DNA of 62,926 nt, the filler included, from Octopus bimaculoides (Eukaryota): NCBI RefSeq assembly GCF_001194135.2. It is 6 parts of 5 records of this genome, joined end to end, with 100 filler letters (N's around TTAATTAATTAA, not from the genome) between each part and the next. Parts side by side here need not be neighbours in the genome. Positions count along the whole stretch, not along the records: positions 33,381 to 48,199 come from NC_068985.1; positions 48,300 to 56,865 come from NC_068996.1; 4 more parts are not named here. One strand, 5' to 3'. The first letter of the stretch is position 1; each line of letters opens with the position of its first letter. A program made the position numbers and the translations under genes. A model generated the notes under the pieces. It did no database searches, had not been told where the DNA came from, and worked only from the letters and a program-made list of their open reading frames with translations. Below are positions 36,435 through 50,574 of the stretch, piece after piece.

Positions 36435-36845
36435 ACTCTTTTACCTGTTTCAGTCATTTGAGTATGGGCATGCTGGAGCACCGCCTTTAGTCGAGCAAAT
36501 AAACCCCAGGACTTATTCTTTGTAATCCTAGTACTTATTCAATCGGTCTCTTTTTGCCGAACCGCTAAGTTACGGGGACGTAAACACANNNNNNNNNNNN
36601 NNNNNNNNNNNNNNNNNNNNNNNNNNNNNNNNNNNNNNNNNNNNNNNNNNNNNNNNNNNNNNNNNNNNNNNNNNNNNNNNNNNNNNNNNNNNNNNNNNNN
36701 NNNNNNNNNNNNNNNNNNNNNNNATATATATATATATATATACACACATATATACGACGGGTTAATTTCAGTTTCCTTCTACCCAATCCACTCACAAGGC
36801 TTTGGTCGGCCCGAAGCTATAGTAGAAGTCACTTGCCCAAGGTGT
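36435..36845 (-). mobile_element. SINE family A with its central microsatellite lost in an assembly gap
   Basis: Tail at 36435-36588, N gap, (TA)n, then core at 36755-36845. Confidence 0.85.
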
Positions 36846-36984
36846 CACCCATATAACCCATATAAGCAAATACATTTTAGATTTTTATTTATTTTTATTT
36901 ACTTATCTATTTATTGCTAAATTGTTTGTAGAGTCGAGTAATTTGTTTTGGAAATAATTCCCGGCGTAAGTTGAGATATGCCTG

Positions 36985-37108
36985 TATGCATTCATAGGGC
37001 TTTCGTCGACCCGGGGCTATAGTGGAAGATACTTGCTCATGGTGCCGCACAGATGGACTGAACCCCAAACGATAAGGTCGAAAATCAAGTTTCTCAACCA
37101 CACAACCG
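36985..37108 (-). mobile_element. SINE family A core/head
   Basis: GGCTATAGTGGAAGATACTTGCTCATGGTGCCGCACAGATGGACTGAACCC. Confidence 0.75.
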
Positions 37109-37436
37109 CTATGGGAAATTAACGAAATTATCGACAGAAATATGTTGAAAAAGTATTCATAAAGGGTCTCCGGTTAAGCAAAGATATCAATCAGTTTTTG
37201 TCTTTAATCTCAGGTCAGTCTTATTGTGGAAACTTATCATCTAGAATCTTACAGCAATTATTTTTCTTTTAGGTCATCCTGGAAGTCATTACACACTAGG
37301 TTTTTTATTTTTCTGTTTTAAATAAGAGCAATTGTAATTTGAGGCAATTAGGCTGCTTTTTTTAAACAGATCAAATTGTATATTTAAACGCTCATTTCTT
37401 GGTTGATAATGACTATGGTGCTGATCGATGTATGTC

Positions 37437-37640
37437 GCGAACTGGCAGAATTGTTAGCGTGCCGGGCAAAAAGTTTAGCAGTATATCGTCCGTTCTTACG
37501 TTTTGAGTTCAACTTCCGCTGCAGTCGACTATACCTTTCATTAGTTCGGGATCAATAAAATAAGCACCAGTTGAACACGGGTCGATGTAATCGACTTAAC
37601 ACCTCCAAAATTGCTGGCGTTGTGCCAAAATTTGAAACCA
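37437..37640 (+). mobile_element. SINE family B, full length
   Basis: GCGAACTGGCAGAATTGTTAGCGTGCCGGG...TTTGAGTTCAAC...tail CAAAATTGCTGGCGTTGTGCCAAAATTTGAAACCA. Confidence 0.8.
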
Positions 37641-37978
37641 TTAATAACACAAATAAATGGTAGAAGGCAAAATTACTATAGTTTCTGTTCGTGTAAGCAT
37701 CGCCTACATATATATCTACAGCGTTGACTACAGTGGAGAAATTTGATGATTGAGTATTGTGATATGGAGGACATATGCTAGTTACCAGCTGCTCGCATTG
37801 AAAACGGAAACTGTGTTTGATGAAAGAATGAATAATGAAATAATTTTTTGGCTGAAGAATCATTAAATCATTTTTCATTATAAGTGGAAAATGAAAGGCA
37901 AGTAAAAAAAGAAAGAATTTTTTTTTTCAAAGAAAATAATTAGCTAAGAAAAAACTTGTTTATTTTTGCTAAAACTAG

Positions 37979-38081
<103 letters not shown>

Positions 38082-38730
38082 CGTAATATATAAAAGAATA
38101 AAATCGTAGAAATCATTTCTTACGGAATGCCAAATGAAAAGCCCAATTATTAAGCGAAACATTTATAATGAATTAAATTGTTCCTTCAAAGAACAAAAAT
38201 TTTCAACACATTCACATACATGTAAATGGGCACACACAAACGTGCACAGCACTCATACATAAGTACATTCACACGCACACGTGCACATACACACATGTAT
38301 GCATATATGTATGTATAAATCAAGGGAGAGAAGGTATTGATACATAGCTATATGAGTGTTTTTGTGTATGTGAATGTGAGTGTGTGTGTATACATATATA
38401 TATGTGCATGATGGATATGGATATACATATGTATGCATAATATATGTGTGTATGTATAAAATCACTTCTGTATTATGGAATATTGAACATTAATTATAAA
38501 ATATTGAATGGCAATGAAATATCAACTATTAGTTTGCGCCGCGTAGCAAGCAGCAAAGTGTTGGTAAATGCAATTAGTGAAGCTTTTTTTCTATTCTTGT
38601 TCAAATGTATATCATTTATAATTACAACGATAACTAATTTTTTAACATTAATGATAAGCGCATATCATGAATTCTTTTGTGTCATGATATATAAAGCTTG
38701 CATATAGTCTAACAAGTACAATATCCTGAA

Positions 38731-38777
<47 letters not shown>

Positions 38778-39399
38778 TTCTTTCATTCTATGTGCCTTTC
38801 TCTCTCTCGCTCTCTCATACCAACAAACCAACCCTCACACACACTGTATATGCATATATACATGCATGCATACATGCATAAACAGATAGCAACAGTTGGA
38901 TTGATGTTCACTAACTACAGCTGTTTCAAACTTGTTTTTTATTCATGAATAATTACACCTTGCGAAAAGAAAAAAAAGACGTTTTCATTAGGTGAATATA
39001 TGCACGAATTAAACATTTTAAAATTTAAAAAAAAAACATTCTACGAATCCAGTATATGCCATTTCATGACTCTCCGGCAAACGTCGGTCAGAGAGTAATT
39101 TAAGTTCCTTAGTTTGTAGTTTTAAAAGAGAATCTTCGTGGTGAACGGAACAGGGCGGGATGCGAAAAGTTGTTAAAGCGAGAGGATGAATACGGAACAT
39201 GAGATGAGAATTCGATTTCGATCTCTAACTCCTCAAAGATAAGGTTATTATATTCTAAAATCTTTCAAATAGCTTGACGACAGAGTTCGGAACAAAAACT
39301 ACACATTAAAAGATAATAATAATCTACAGCAGGGAGATTCATCATAGTAAACCCGCATATATCTATTCATATACAAAATAAAGGGAAATATAATAATCC

Positions 39400-39850
39400 G
39401 TTCTACTAAAGGCACAAGGCCTGAATTTTTTTCTGGATGGGTGCTAGTCGATCACATCGACCTTAATGTTTCTAAATTTATCGACCCCGAAAGTATGAAT
39501 GGCAAAGTCTACCTCGGCGTAATTTGAAATCAGAACGTAGATGCGAGCGAAATAGCGCTAAGCATTTCGTCCAGCAGGCTTACGGTTTATTTCTTTATTG
39601 CCTACAAGGGACTAAACATAGAAGGGACAAACAAGGATAGACAAAACGATTAAGTCGATTACATTGATCACAGTGCGTAACTGGTACTTAATTTATCGAC
39701 ACCGACTGGATGAAAGGCAAAGTCGATCTCGGCGGAATTTGAACTCGGAACGTAACGGCAGACGAAATACCACTAAGCAGTTTGTCCGGCGTGCTAACAA
39801 TTCTGTCAGCTCCCCGCATGCTAACGGTTCTGCCAACTTGCCGGCTTAAA
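39400..39850 (-). mobile_element. Nested pair of SINE family B copies
   Basis: Inner copy 39588-39819 is flanked by GCTTACGGTT (39578-39587) and GCTAACGGTT (39820-39829) inside the outer copy's head. Confidence 0.85.
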
Positions 39851-40593
39851 GGGTCATATAATAATAAATCTACATTTCGCATGATATAATAACTACTCAT
39901 AAAAAAAAACATGTCTGAAACACCTGTAGTGAGAACCACTATCCATCTGTTATTATAAGTTTATCAATCATCTTATCCTAACGTGCAATTGGCATGAATC
40001 TGGAGTTTGTTCAGTGCTGTACAATCGGTACAGTGTTTGTACCTAGGTGCAGCCTTGGAACTCGTGGTATATTCAGTCGGACGTTTGTGATCATACATGT
40101 AACAAGAATATAAATCCATCTTTACTTCGGTGTGTATGTATATGTACCTCTAATTTTTTTTTTTTTTTCTCGATAGCTATTTCATTGACCCGACGTTCGT
40201 TCTTTGCTATTTAGGGACCTGATACACTTCAACCCTGAACTTTTAATATACAAATATATATACATACATATATATATATACATACATACATACATACATA
40301 TATACATATATATACATATATANNNNNNNNNNNNNNNNNNNNNNNNNNNNNNNNNNNNNNNNNNNNNNNNNNNNNNNNNNNNNNNNNNNNNNNNNNNNNN
40401 NNNNNNNNNNNNNNNNNNNNNNNNNNNNNNNNNNNNNNNNNNNNNNNNNNNNNNNNNNNNNNNNNNNNNNNNNNNNNNNNNNNNNNNNNNNNNNNNNNNN
40501 NNNNNNNNNNNNNNNNNNNNNNNNNNNNNNNNNNNNNNNNNNNNNNNNNNNNNNNNNNNNNNNNNNNNNNNNNNNNNNNNNNNNNNNNNNNNT

Positions 40594-40660
<67 letters not shown>

Positions 40661-40664
40661 TATA

Positions 40665-41260
40665 TCAAATACAAAATGAGACAAGAACGCAAAATATCCA
40701 GACAGTTAGGTGATACAAAGAGGGACAACAAAACCTTCAGATAGACGATACAGAGAAAGCAAGGACGGGTCATTCGGAGTTTTCTTTCCTCGGTCGAATT
40801 CCAGGGTATCTTTGCAATTTCGGATGGTTATACTCGAGTTTGCTCCAATCTGCCGAGCCCCATGGAAAAACTAAACTAAGAGCATTAGATTCCTTGGAAA
40901 AAAAAGCAGCGAATATATCGGAAAACAAGGACGGGAAAAAACGGAAACTGTTACACACATACAAATAACAGAACATAACAACAGGTGTCTTTCGACTAAT
41001 GACGAATTAAATTAAGCTGACGTATGTGGAAATAAAGCCTTACGGCAGGGATACAAGATTTCACAGACACAGGGAGGAAGATAGATGTAGCACGGACGGC
41101 GACCGAACCAAGAAAGAATGGTCAGGCTTGGCCGAACACCGGTCACGTGGGGAGAGAAAAGAGAGAGGTAGAGGCAGGGGGACAGAAATGACAGCGACAC
41201 AGTGAAGTGAAAAGCGGAGGGGTAGTGGGCATGAAGAGAAGGCAAGGAAATGTGAGAGAG
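40665..41260. repeat. Unclassified interspersed repeat with a layout like the 1618-2230 arm
   Basis: Starts at a TA microsatellite and runs into GGTCACGTG plus a purine-rich block, as in the left arm of the first fold-back. Confidence 0.4.
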
Positions 41261-41276
41261 GGGAACGCACTCTCAC

Positions 41277-41333
<57 letters not shown>

Positions 41334-42338
41334 TATATATATATATATACACATGTATATGTGTGTGTGGTTTACAGCTATATCACGTTGAGCGCACCGA
41401 TTCCTATCCGGTAACCGACCTTAAGCATCCTCGAGCGTAGTGACCATTTTGTGATCCGAAACCGAGCCGCTAGATTTTCGGTTTAATATCACTCAAGGAG
41501 CCACCACAGTTTCACTTGATTAATCAGCGTTAAGATGAGGCATGATATGGTTTTCCGAATGTTCTAGAATTTGTTCCCTTTTCACCTCATAAAAGACTAA
41601 CTCACTGTAGAGATTTTCGGGCTAATATATGTACTTAGCTAGCATTCCTCGATGGCTTCTGTCCTCCAGTCGGTAATAGTATTATTGATATGTTTCATGG
41701 TAAATAGCCTTCACAAACATCATATCCGGGAATAAATATTAATGTTAAAGGTTCGTGAGCTTGCTTCTCGTCTTATTCATGCAGCCAACTGTATTCCACA
41801 CATGCGCAAAAACAAGAACAACAACAAAAAAAAACAACAACAATAACAATAATAATAACAATAATAATGGTAATTATTATTATTATTGTAAAGTCATCGA
41901 TTGCGACAATATATCATCATTAACCAGCCTGACACGAGCGACCGACGACAGCCCTACGACAAACGTAACTAACCAATTTATATTTTTACTTAGTATTTAA
42001 TGCAATGTGTGATAATTATGACATCGCCAATATTTGTGAAGTGCGAAGAAATATTTCTATTGCTATTCAAAATCAAATGAAATGCAGTTCTCTAGAACTG
42101 TTAAGTTATTCTTTTTAACACTGATTAAAACTTTACCTAGTTCCGTGTTCAGCAGTGCTTCTGCCTTAAGCTAACATTACTTGTGTTCATTTAATATATT
42201 TCACATGTTATATTGAAACGAATACTGGAGATTTTATAGACAAAGAGACAGACAGTTGGTCAGACAGTCACGTAGATAAAAAGACTGACAGACAGACAAA
42301 CAGATAGATAGATAGATAGATAGATAGACAGACGGACG

Positions 42339-42437
<99 letters not shown>

Positions 42438-42986
42438 TGATTGATTAAATATATATATGCGTGTATTTTAAAAGGAAAATAAAAACATACATATTTCTTT
42501 ATATAAGCTTTCTAGAAAAAAAAAATATTTCATAAATATTTTTATTTGAAGACAATTAAATAAGGAATTTTATGCAGATTTGTTTATTTATTTTATTTAT
42601 TTATTTATTTATTTACTTATTTATTTCAAGCAGGTGATACAAACTTTAGTCAAACAACAGTGAATTTCCTACAGATTTTCTAATTGACGATGCTTGTACA
42701 AAACGGTTTTTTTTAAACCACCGACTAATGCACAAGAAGTAAATGAGTAAAACTAAAGCTGTTGATTATGAGTTTGAGACTGATTTAACAACTAGCATTT
42801 GGTAGGATTTCAATTTTATGGGCAGATGACATAAAGGTACATCTACTTGGAAAGGTGGTTAGCCAGCAATCCATTTGGTATTCTCTGAGTGAGAGCTTAA
42901 AAATATATATTTATATTTGCTTACATTGCACTGTGGATGATTCGCAATCTAAATGTACGTTGTGAATAAAATATAGATATACATAC

Positions 42987-43035
<49 letters not shown>

Positions 43036-43414
43036 NNNNNNNNNNNNNNNNNNNNNNNNNNNNNNNNNNNNNNNNNNNNNNNNNNNNNNNNNNNNNNNNN
43101 NNNNNNNNNNNNNNNNNNNNNNNNNNNNNNNNNNNNNNNNNNNNNNNNNNNNNNNNNNNNNNNNNNNNNNNNNNNNNNNNNNNNNNNNNNNNNNNNNNNN
43201 NNNNNNNNNNNNNNNNNNNNNNNNNNNNNNNNNNNNNNNNNNNNNNNNNNNNNNNNNNNNNNNNNNNNNNNNNNNNNNNNNNNNNNNNNNNNNNNNNNNN
43301 NNNNNNNNNNNNNNNNNNNNNNNNNNNNNNNNNNNNNNNNNNNNNNNNNNNNNNNNNNNNNNNNNNNNNNNNNNNNNNNNNNNNNNNNNNNNNNNNNNNN
43401 NNNNNNNNNNNNNN

Positions 43415-43461
<47 letters not shown>

Positions 43462-44373
43462 CATACATATATACATGGGCATGCATAAACGTTTTTTTTT
43501 TGTGTCTACATATACAGTTAATTGTTTTAATTTGTGTGAATGTATGCGTGTGCATGTGTGTGTGTATGTGTGTGCGGACTCTCAATATCAAACTAAAATA
43601 GACGTTTAACAAAAATTGTTCCTTAATTGCAGCTTTAGCAGTTTAATTTAAATAATGTCAAAGATATAAATTATAAAATTCTTTGAAACTGAATACATTT
43701 TTCAAAATGTTTTTAATTTTTTTTCATTTTCTCTCTTTCTTTTCAATCTCGATTTTCTGCTTTTAGTCACCAACGCCGCGAATATGTTGTTGTCTTTGTT
43801 ATTATTTGATCAGTGAGTGACGGGGGGGAGGGAGTCGGTTGTAGCTGCCGTGTTTGTAAAAATATAACATCATTAACTTGTTTTAGTTGTTGTTGTAAAA
43901 ATGGCGGTGTTGTGTGTGGTGGCTTTTTTTTCTTTTAATTAATTGATGAAGAGAAACAGCACTCATATCCTTTGTAGTCCCTGTCAGACGGCTAAGATTT
44001 ATACGGTTCGTGTTCAGTGTGAACGACAGGAAAAATTGGCAAAATTCTTCTTTGCGGTGCTGGGAAGATGAATTTAATAAATTCACGCTTGTGTGATAAC
44101 TAGGGTATAAACTGCAGTAAATATGACATGAGAACAAGGGAATTGTGCAAAAGTGAGGCGAAATGCAGTTGGTAATACAATTTTTTATTTAATAAAATAT
44201 AGAGCTAAGATATATGTTTATAAGATAATATATAATGAGTTCAAATGTTGGCACGAAACAGCAATTTGAGGGAAGGATGTAAGAAGAAGAAGAAGAATTT
44301 CTCTTAAATATCTGTCTTAGGAAGAAGGAATTTCAACCATGTTTCGTGGTCTGCTACCACAACAGCTCCTTTA

Positions 44374-44717
44374 TAGGATCCAGTTAGCTGAAGACATCAT
44401 CAGGAGGAACCACGTCCGGTTTCGGCCCCTACTCCTCTACCGTTTTGACGTGGCGGGGCCACCCCCTTTCGGAGGTGTCTTCAGCTCTGGTGTTGGGTGC
44501 ATGTGTTCTTTCACTGTTTGTGACTGTTCTAATTCAACTGTGGAATGTCCCTCGCTATGGTTATTTTCCAGGAGGTTCTGGCTACACGTCTTACGGTTCA
44601 TCAACCCGCGTTGTTGAATTACTTTCTTCTGACATACCTTCCCTTGGTGGATTAGGATCCAGTTAGCTCAAGACATCATCAGGAGGAACCACGTCCGGTT
44701 TCGGCCACTACTCCTCT
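44374..44717 (-). repeat. 65-bp direct repeat at 279-bp spacing carrying hammerhead-like boxes
   Basis: 44374-44438 vs 44653-44717 match at 63/65. The minus strand of each reads GCCGAAACCGGACGTGGTTCCTCCTGATGATGTC. Confidence 0.85.
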
Positions 44718-45442
44718 TTTTTTTTTAAATTTCACTTGTTTTAATCTTTACCTATTTTCTGTCTTCAGATACCCTGTTATAACATGTTTTCATTTACTTT
44801 CGATACTGCATTGAGTTGTAGGTCATGACCCTGCATACCTTCGATCACAGATTATTACCGTTTTCACACTGCCTATGGGCATAAACGCACAGATTAAATG
44901 ATATCGTAAATTAGATAGAACCATTCTATTTTTAGCCTGTTTTCTAAAGATAGTCTTTAATTATATTGTTTCGATGTCATCGTACATAGTAAAAGTGGAG
45001 TAACACTGGAACAAATCATTTTAAATTTTAAGGATATTGGGTCATGCATTTGTATTCGAGCAGGAAATGAACCTTCATTCCTCTATTTACGGTCATTCTC
45101 ATCTCATACTTGACTGCTCAAAGTGGCGAGCGAGGAAACTTTTTGTGTCGTTAGATGGATCGACGTAAATGGACTTACTATCGGTTTCTTGCAGAAAACC
45201 TGATTTACCTGCAAATGTATAATTGTCTGATATACACATATAAACATTCAGCTCAACTTAAATGAGATCTGACAAAGTTTATTAACATATATAAATCAAC
45301 ACACTCTCATATATCACATATAAGACACACACACATATATGAGTCTGTGTCTGTAAATGTACGTATTATGACTCTGTGTGGAGGGGTGCGTGCGTGTGTG
45401 GGTGTGTGTGTATGGCTGTATCTGATTGTCTGTCTGTTTGTA

Positions 45443-45488
<46 letters not shown>

Positions 45489-45874
45489 GACAGATAGACA
45501 GATAGATACATACATACAGCTTATAAACCGCTTCTTTCTCTATTGGCAAGAAATCTTGAAATAAACTGAATATCACATATACATACACAATAATTAAGCA
45601 GTCAACAATACTTTTCACAAATAGTTCCATCATTCCAACAGCTGTTTCGTTATGATAAATTGCACTAAATGTATAATTGCATAAATGTTAGACATGATAA
45701 ATTTAAACTATAATTAATTTGGTCAAATTAAGTTTTTAGACATTTTCAATTGATTCATGAAATATGCTATGTTAATAAGAAAACCAATATAAAAATATAT
45801 ACACGCATACACACCTACATATCAAAGTATTCACGCTACGTATGCGTATGTGTATGTGTATCTATGAATGTATG

Positions 45875-45906
<32 letters not shown>

Positions 45907-46689
45907 TGTATAATTATATGCAGAAATAGAAAATAGTGCGTATTTTGTAATCTGCATAAACAGGAAACAATTTATGTGTACAAATATTAAAATTAATATT
46001 CATATCTATGAACGGATGTGGAGTTTTGAAATTTATATGTAAAACATATATATACAGCGGAGGTGGAAGACGGGCCTTTTTAAATGATATGCATCTAATA
46101 TTTAGTCGAACAGTATCACGAGATATCGTTTAAGAAAGAACCACACACGTACGATCAGAACAAACGGAACAAGATAAAAAGAATTAGCATAACATACAAA
46201 TAATCAGAACATCCCATCGGAGAATAAAATTAAATGTGCCAACGGTAAAATTACTCTACTTTGTTTACAATGAGCTAAATATTAAATTTTTGTTGCAATA
46301 ATTACTATTTTATATGAATATTATGGCATATTCGTGTTCGATATATTCAGATAGACGTAATGAAACTATCTTTATTGGTAAATAGTGAAATAAGCAGGAA
46401 AACATAATCTACATCCTTTATCTTATATTTCTACACTTTTAAAATCATTGGAATGCAGCAATGTTTGGGTACGGACTCGAAGGTTTTAGTCAAAGAAATT
46501 AATCCCGATAGTAATTTTAAAGTCTGATACATTTTCTACCGTAAACAAAGTAATACTAATTCTGAAGCAATGATCGGAGAGACACACACACAAACAGGAA
46601 AACTCCCACAAATATGTGCATGTTTGCGTGAATGTGTGTGTGTGTGTGTGTGTAGGCGCGTGTGTGTGTGTATCGTTTACTTGCTTAAA

Positions 46690-47060
46690 ACATACTGGGG
46701 CACCACCTTCAAAATCTTTTAGTCGAATGAATCAACCCTAGTATTTATTATTTTTTTTCGTTGTTTTGTTAGGCCTGGTACTTATTTTATCGGTTCCTTT
46801 TATCGAATCGCTAAGTTACGGAGAAGTAAGCACACCAACTCAGCTTATGTGTGTCTGTGTATTTGTCCTCCCTGCCATCGATTCTCAACAGATGTTGATA
46901 TATTTACGTTCCCGTAACTTGGCGGTTCTGCAAAATAGACCGATAGAATATATACTAGGATTACAAAGAATAAGTCGTGGGGCCGATTTCTTCGACCCAG
47001 ACCTTTAAGGCGGTGCTCCATCATGGCCGCAATCTAATGACTGAAGCAAATAAAAGAGTA
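46690..47060. mobile_element. Two SINE family A tail modules in inverted orientation
   Basis: Minus-strand tail at 46690-46835 faces a plus-strand tail at 46850-47060. Confidence 0.75.
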
Positions 47061-47589
47061 AATGAATATATTGCACTTAAATTTACTGCTCCCCCCCCCT
47101 TCCATTTTGTGTCGATTTAGATAGGGAAAACACATAGGAATGTGGAACAATAAATCAGATATGATGAATGTTTACAAAAGTTTGTATCCCAGCTAATATT
47201 TAAGAATTTTAATATTTAAACCTTAGAGATATCAAATTTTGTCATCCAATAGGGTTATATATTTTAATATATACTCATAGCAATTATGAAATTTTCGGAA
47301 TATTCCGATGATTAAGGTATCGCTCAATTTAAATAGATCTATCTGAAGATACCTACGACTGCCCTATCGCTAATATTCATCTACCTCGACTAAGAATGTA
47401 CGCAGCTACTCACATATTGCAAGACTTATTTATATATGATTTATGTACATACACACTTTACATATCTATACTTCTATATATATATATATATATATATTTG
47501 TGTGTCTGTGTGCGGGTGTGTGTGTGTGTATGTGTATGTGTGTGTGTGTGTGTGTTTGTGTGTGTATGTATGTATGTATGTATATATAT

Positions 47590-47735
47590 TTAGGCGCAGG
47601 AATGGTTCTGGCTTCATTCCCACTTTGTGTAACCTTGGGCAAGTGCCTTCTAGTATAACCTCAGGCCGACCAAAGCCTTGTAAGCGGATTTGGTAGACGG
47701 CAACTGAAGGAAGCGAGTCGTATATGTGTGTGTGT
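47590..47735 (+). mobile_element. SINE family A head/core
   Basis: TAGGCGCAGGAATGG...ACCTTGGGCAAGTGCCTTCTAGTATAACCTCAGGCCGACCAAAGCCTTG. Confidence 0.8.
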
Positions 47736-48299
47736 AGGGGATGTTTGTATGACCAGTGTTCTTTACAGATTTATGCATAATTCGCGAAGGAAAACGTTGA
47801 GAAACAGCCATCGACTGACTCTTGTCGTCTAGATACTTCTAATGCTGATTTACCTTTTGTAAGATCAGAAGTAAAAGCAGATTTCCCTGGAACAGTTAAG
47901 TCACATTTACGACCCATAATTACACGATTATCCAAATACTTATTCAAAACACAAGACAAGACAATTTCAAAACACTGAATGTTAGTGGGAATCATGTAAA
48001 TGACCGCGGTTTGTTTATACTCGCGGAAAAACTGAAGTTGTTTAAACACTACGCGCATATAACTGTTCTCACCATTTTGTGGAAATTTCGTTGAATTCAA
48101 AGAAGTACCTTTACAATAATTTTTTTTTAATGTTACGCCGTTTATAATGTGAAACGCAGTGAACATACATATATACATACATACACACACACGCACACAN
48201 NNNNNNNNNNNNNNNNNNNNNNNNNNNNNNNNNNNNNNNNNNNTTAATTAATTAANNNNNNNNNNNNNNNNNNNNNNNNNNNNNNNNNNNNNNNNNNNN

Positions 48300-48665
48300 C
48301 AGTCTGGTTCCCTCCTCGTTGCAGGAACCGAAGCCATAGCCTCCATGTATGCCATGGAAGCCTTCAGCACGACGTCCGACATGACCATTGAAGTCACCAG
48401 CCACGAAGAGAAGGTCCCTGTCACTCGTCGACGAGGTAGTTTGCAAGAGGGTGTCATAGAATTGGTCTTTCAGCCTATCCGGTAGCCCCGGTTGAGGGGC
48501 ATAGGCTGAGATGACAGTAGCTAACCTATGATGAAGCACTAGTCTGATCTTAAGTACTCTGTCACATACTCTAACTACCTCGATTACCTTATCAACCCAT
48601 TTCTCTGCTAGAAGTATTCCTATGCCCCCGACCCTGTCAGTGTTCCCTGCAGGTTCCAATGAATT
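48300..48665 (-). mobile_element. RTE-clade LINE apurinic-like endonuclease fragment
   Basis: GGIGILL...DRVLKIRL...VISAYAPQ...KDQFYDTL...VAGDFNGHVG...GGYGFGSCNEEGTRL, canonical RTE APE motifs. Runs into a gap. Confidence 0.93.
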
Positions 48666-48846
48666 TACAAGTATCATCACATCTTTACATGATGATATTG
48701 TTGGTTTTGGTAAAGCAATACTTGAACCCACTTCCAGTCAGTGGTGCTATAACTGCTCTTACTCTATTTGCCTTATATTTCACTGCAGTTTTCAATTCCT
48801 TTCAAAGATGACTCTGAGGGTATTTATAGATGTGGATATCTATATA

Positions 48847-49024
48847 TGAGGGTGTGTTGAAAAGTTAATGGCTTTAGGTAAAAGAAAATACAGGAGGATT
48901 CACACACTTATTACAGTAGTTCTTCAGTTCTTCTAAGCCCTGTAAAAGAACTTGGAAGATTGGACCTCCAACCAAGCCTTTTGTGTCACCGTTAAAGCCA
49001 GAAACTTTTCAGCACCTTGTTGTA
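48847..49024. mobile_element. Mariner-type MITE
   Basis: TA-GAGGGTGTGTTGAAAAGTT ... AACTTTTCAGCACCTT-GTTGTA. A second copy lies at 52943-53148. Confidence 0.75.
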
Positions 49025-50574
49025 TGTATGTTATATATATATACACATACAACTGTTAAAATATTCTATTTCATACAGCTTATATCTAAGACAACGCTTC
49101 TCTATCTCTAATAACAAAGTTGTTATTCACTGACAACCATGATAATCATGCAATGAAACATATCTTCAGATACTTAGGTAAGATCTCGTTGACATATAAC
49201 ACATTAAACCTTACAATAAACCTTGATAAAGCTATTATTATTTAAGAAACCCTGCTCTGGAAAGCCTCTTGTGGATCTTACAATATATAATAAACTTTAA
49301 AAATCACATCTTCCTTCATATTTGTCTGCAGAATGTTTGAAAAAGGAAGCAAAGCATGATGAAAAATTACAAATAGAATTCAGACGTCATGGATGTCTTT
49401 GTAAAATTAGAATCTTTACTGTGGCCTGAATAATATGGAAAAAATGACACTACACTATTTAATTTCAAAATATGCATTGTTACTATTTTATTGATTGGCT
49501 GTAAAACATGGTCATTTTATTCAACACATGCTAAATAGTTGGAGCATTTTCTGCAAATTTCATATATTTTTGACACATTTTGCATATATCTTGACGAGAC
49601 TAGGGAGTGATGTTGGAATCATGGTGTTAGTGAATGTTGTAAATATAAAAGTTCTTATGTGTTGTATTAAAATAAAACAACTAAAGTTAACATATAAAGA
49701 TTGCCATAAATTCAGTGTGAAGAAAAATGATGTTCGTGTGGAAAGTTGAGAAAAAATTAAGCTGACATGACAAAGAAGAATATATTCAATGGAGATGAAT
49801 ATATATCCAATGTTACCAAACACTTTGAAGAGAATTATATTAAATTAGCAAAATTGAAATGAGACACAAGGAAGGGGTTATCATAAACATTAATAACCCC
49901 TTCAAATGTTCAACAAGTTAGTGAATTTGACTCTAAGGCTGGACAGTTACTCAATGGTACGTGAACAAAAGCAAGCTGATAAGACATCACGACCTCCTGA
50001 AAGAATATTTGTCTGTTCATCATTCAACAAATCGCACCCTGTACACCCTGCTAATGTCATGATTCTGCATTGCATTTAATTGAGAGGAGATATTTATGTT
50101 ACAGTAGTGGTAAAAGCTACAAATCACCGGATGACCACATTAACTGTTGTTTGTTGATGAGCTTTGAAGCTTATAAATTTACCTATTTATAAATGTACTG
50201 CAAATTGGTAAAGATTATCTGCACTATGTTTGATGTCAAATGCAAAGCTGGCGTAAACGAACGTGAGCCAAAAGAAATAAGTTAAAGAGAAAAATGGCAT
50301 AATTTTAATACCAAAGGCGATTTAAAATATGTTAAATACCATGAAGCATAAATTTTCGATTTATTAAAATTATCATCGTTTTGAGAGACTATTGCGACTG
50401 ATGCCGAATGAAAAAGGGGGAATAATCGCAAGAGTCGAGAATTCTCCGGAATTGATGAGCTTATCCATTATGGTCTGTTTGCTTGATTGTTTGTATGTTT
50501 GTCTGCGTGCAAGTGTATGTACACATATAACTGAACATTCAAATACATGTGTATAAAGCCCCCGTTGTACGACT

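Noticed and set aside
43901-43942. Signal-peptide-like start MAVLCVVAFF
   Set aside because: It stops after 13 codons with no splice donor. AAAATGGCGG may be a YY1-like motif or chance.
49331-50340. Strong acceptor and coding-looking text (CLKKEAKHDEKLQIEF; CSCGK)
   Set aside because: No convincing donor, many stops and no recognisable domain. Possibly an old transposase relic, but unsupported.
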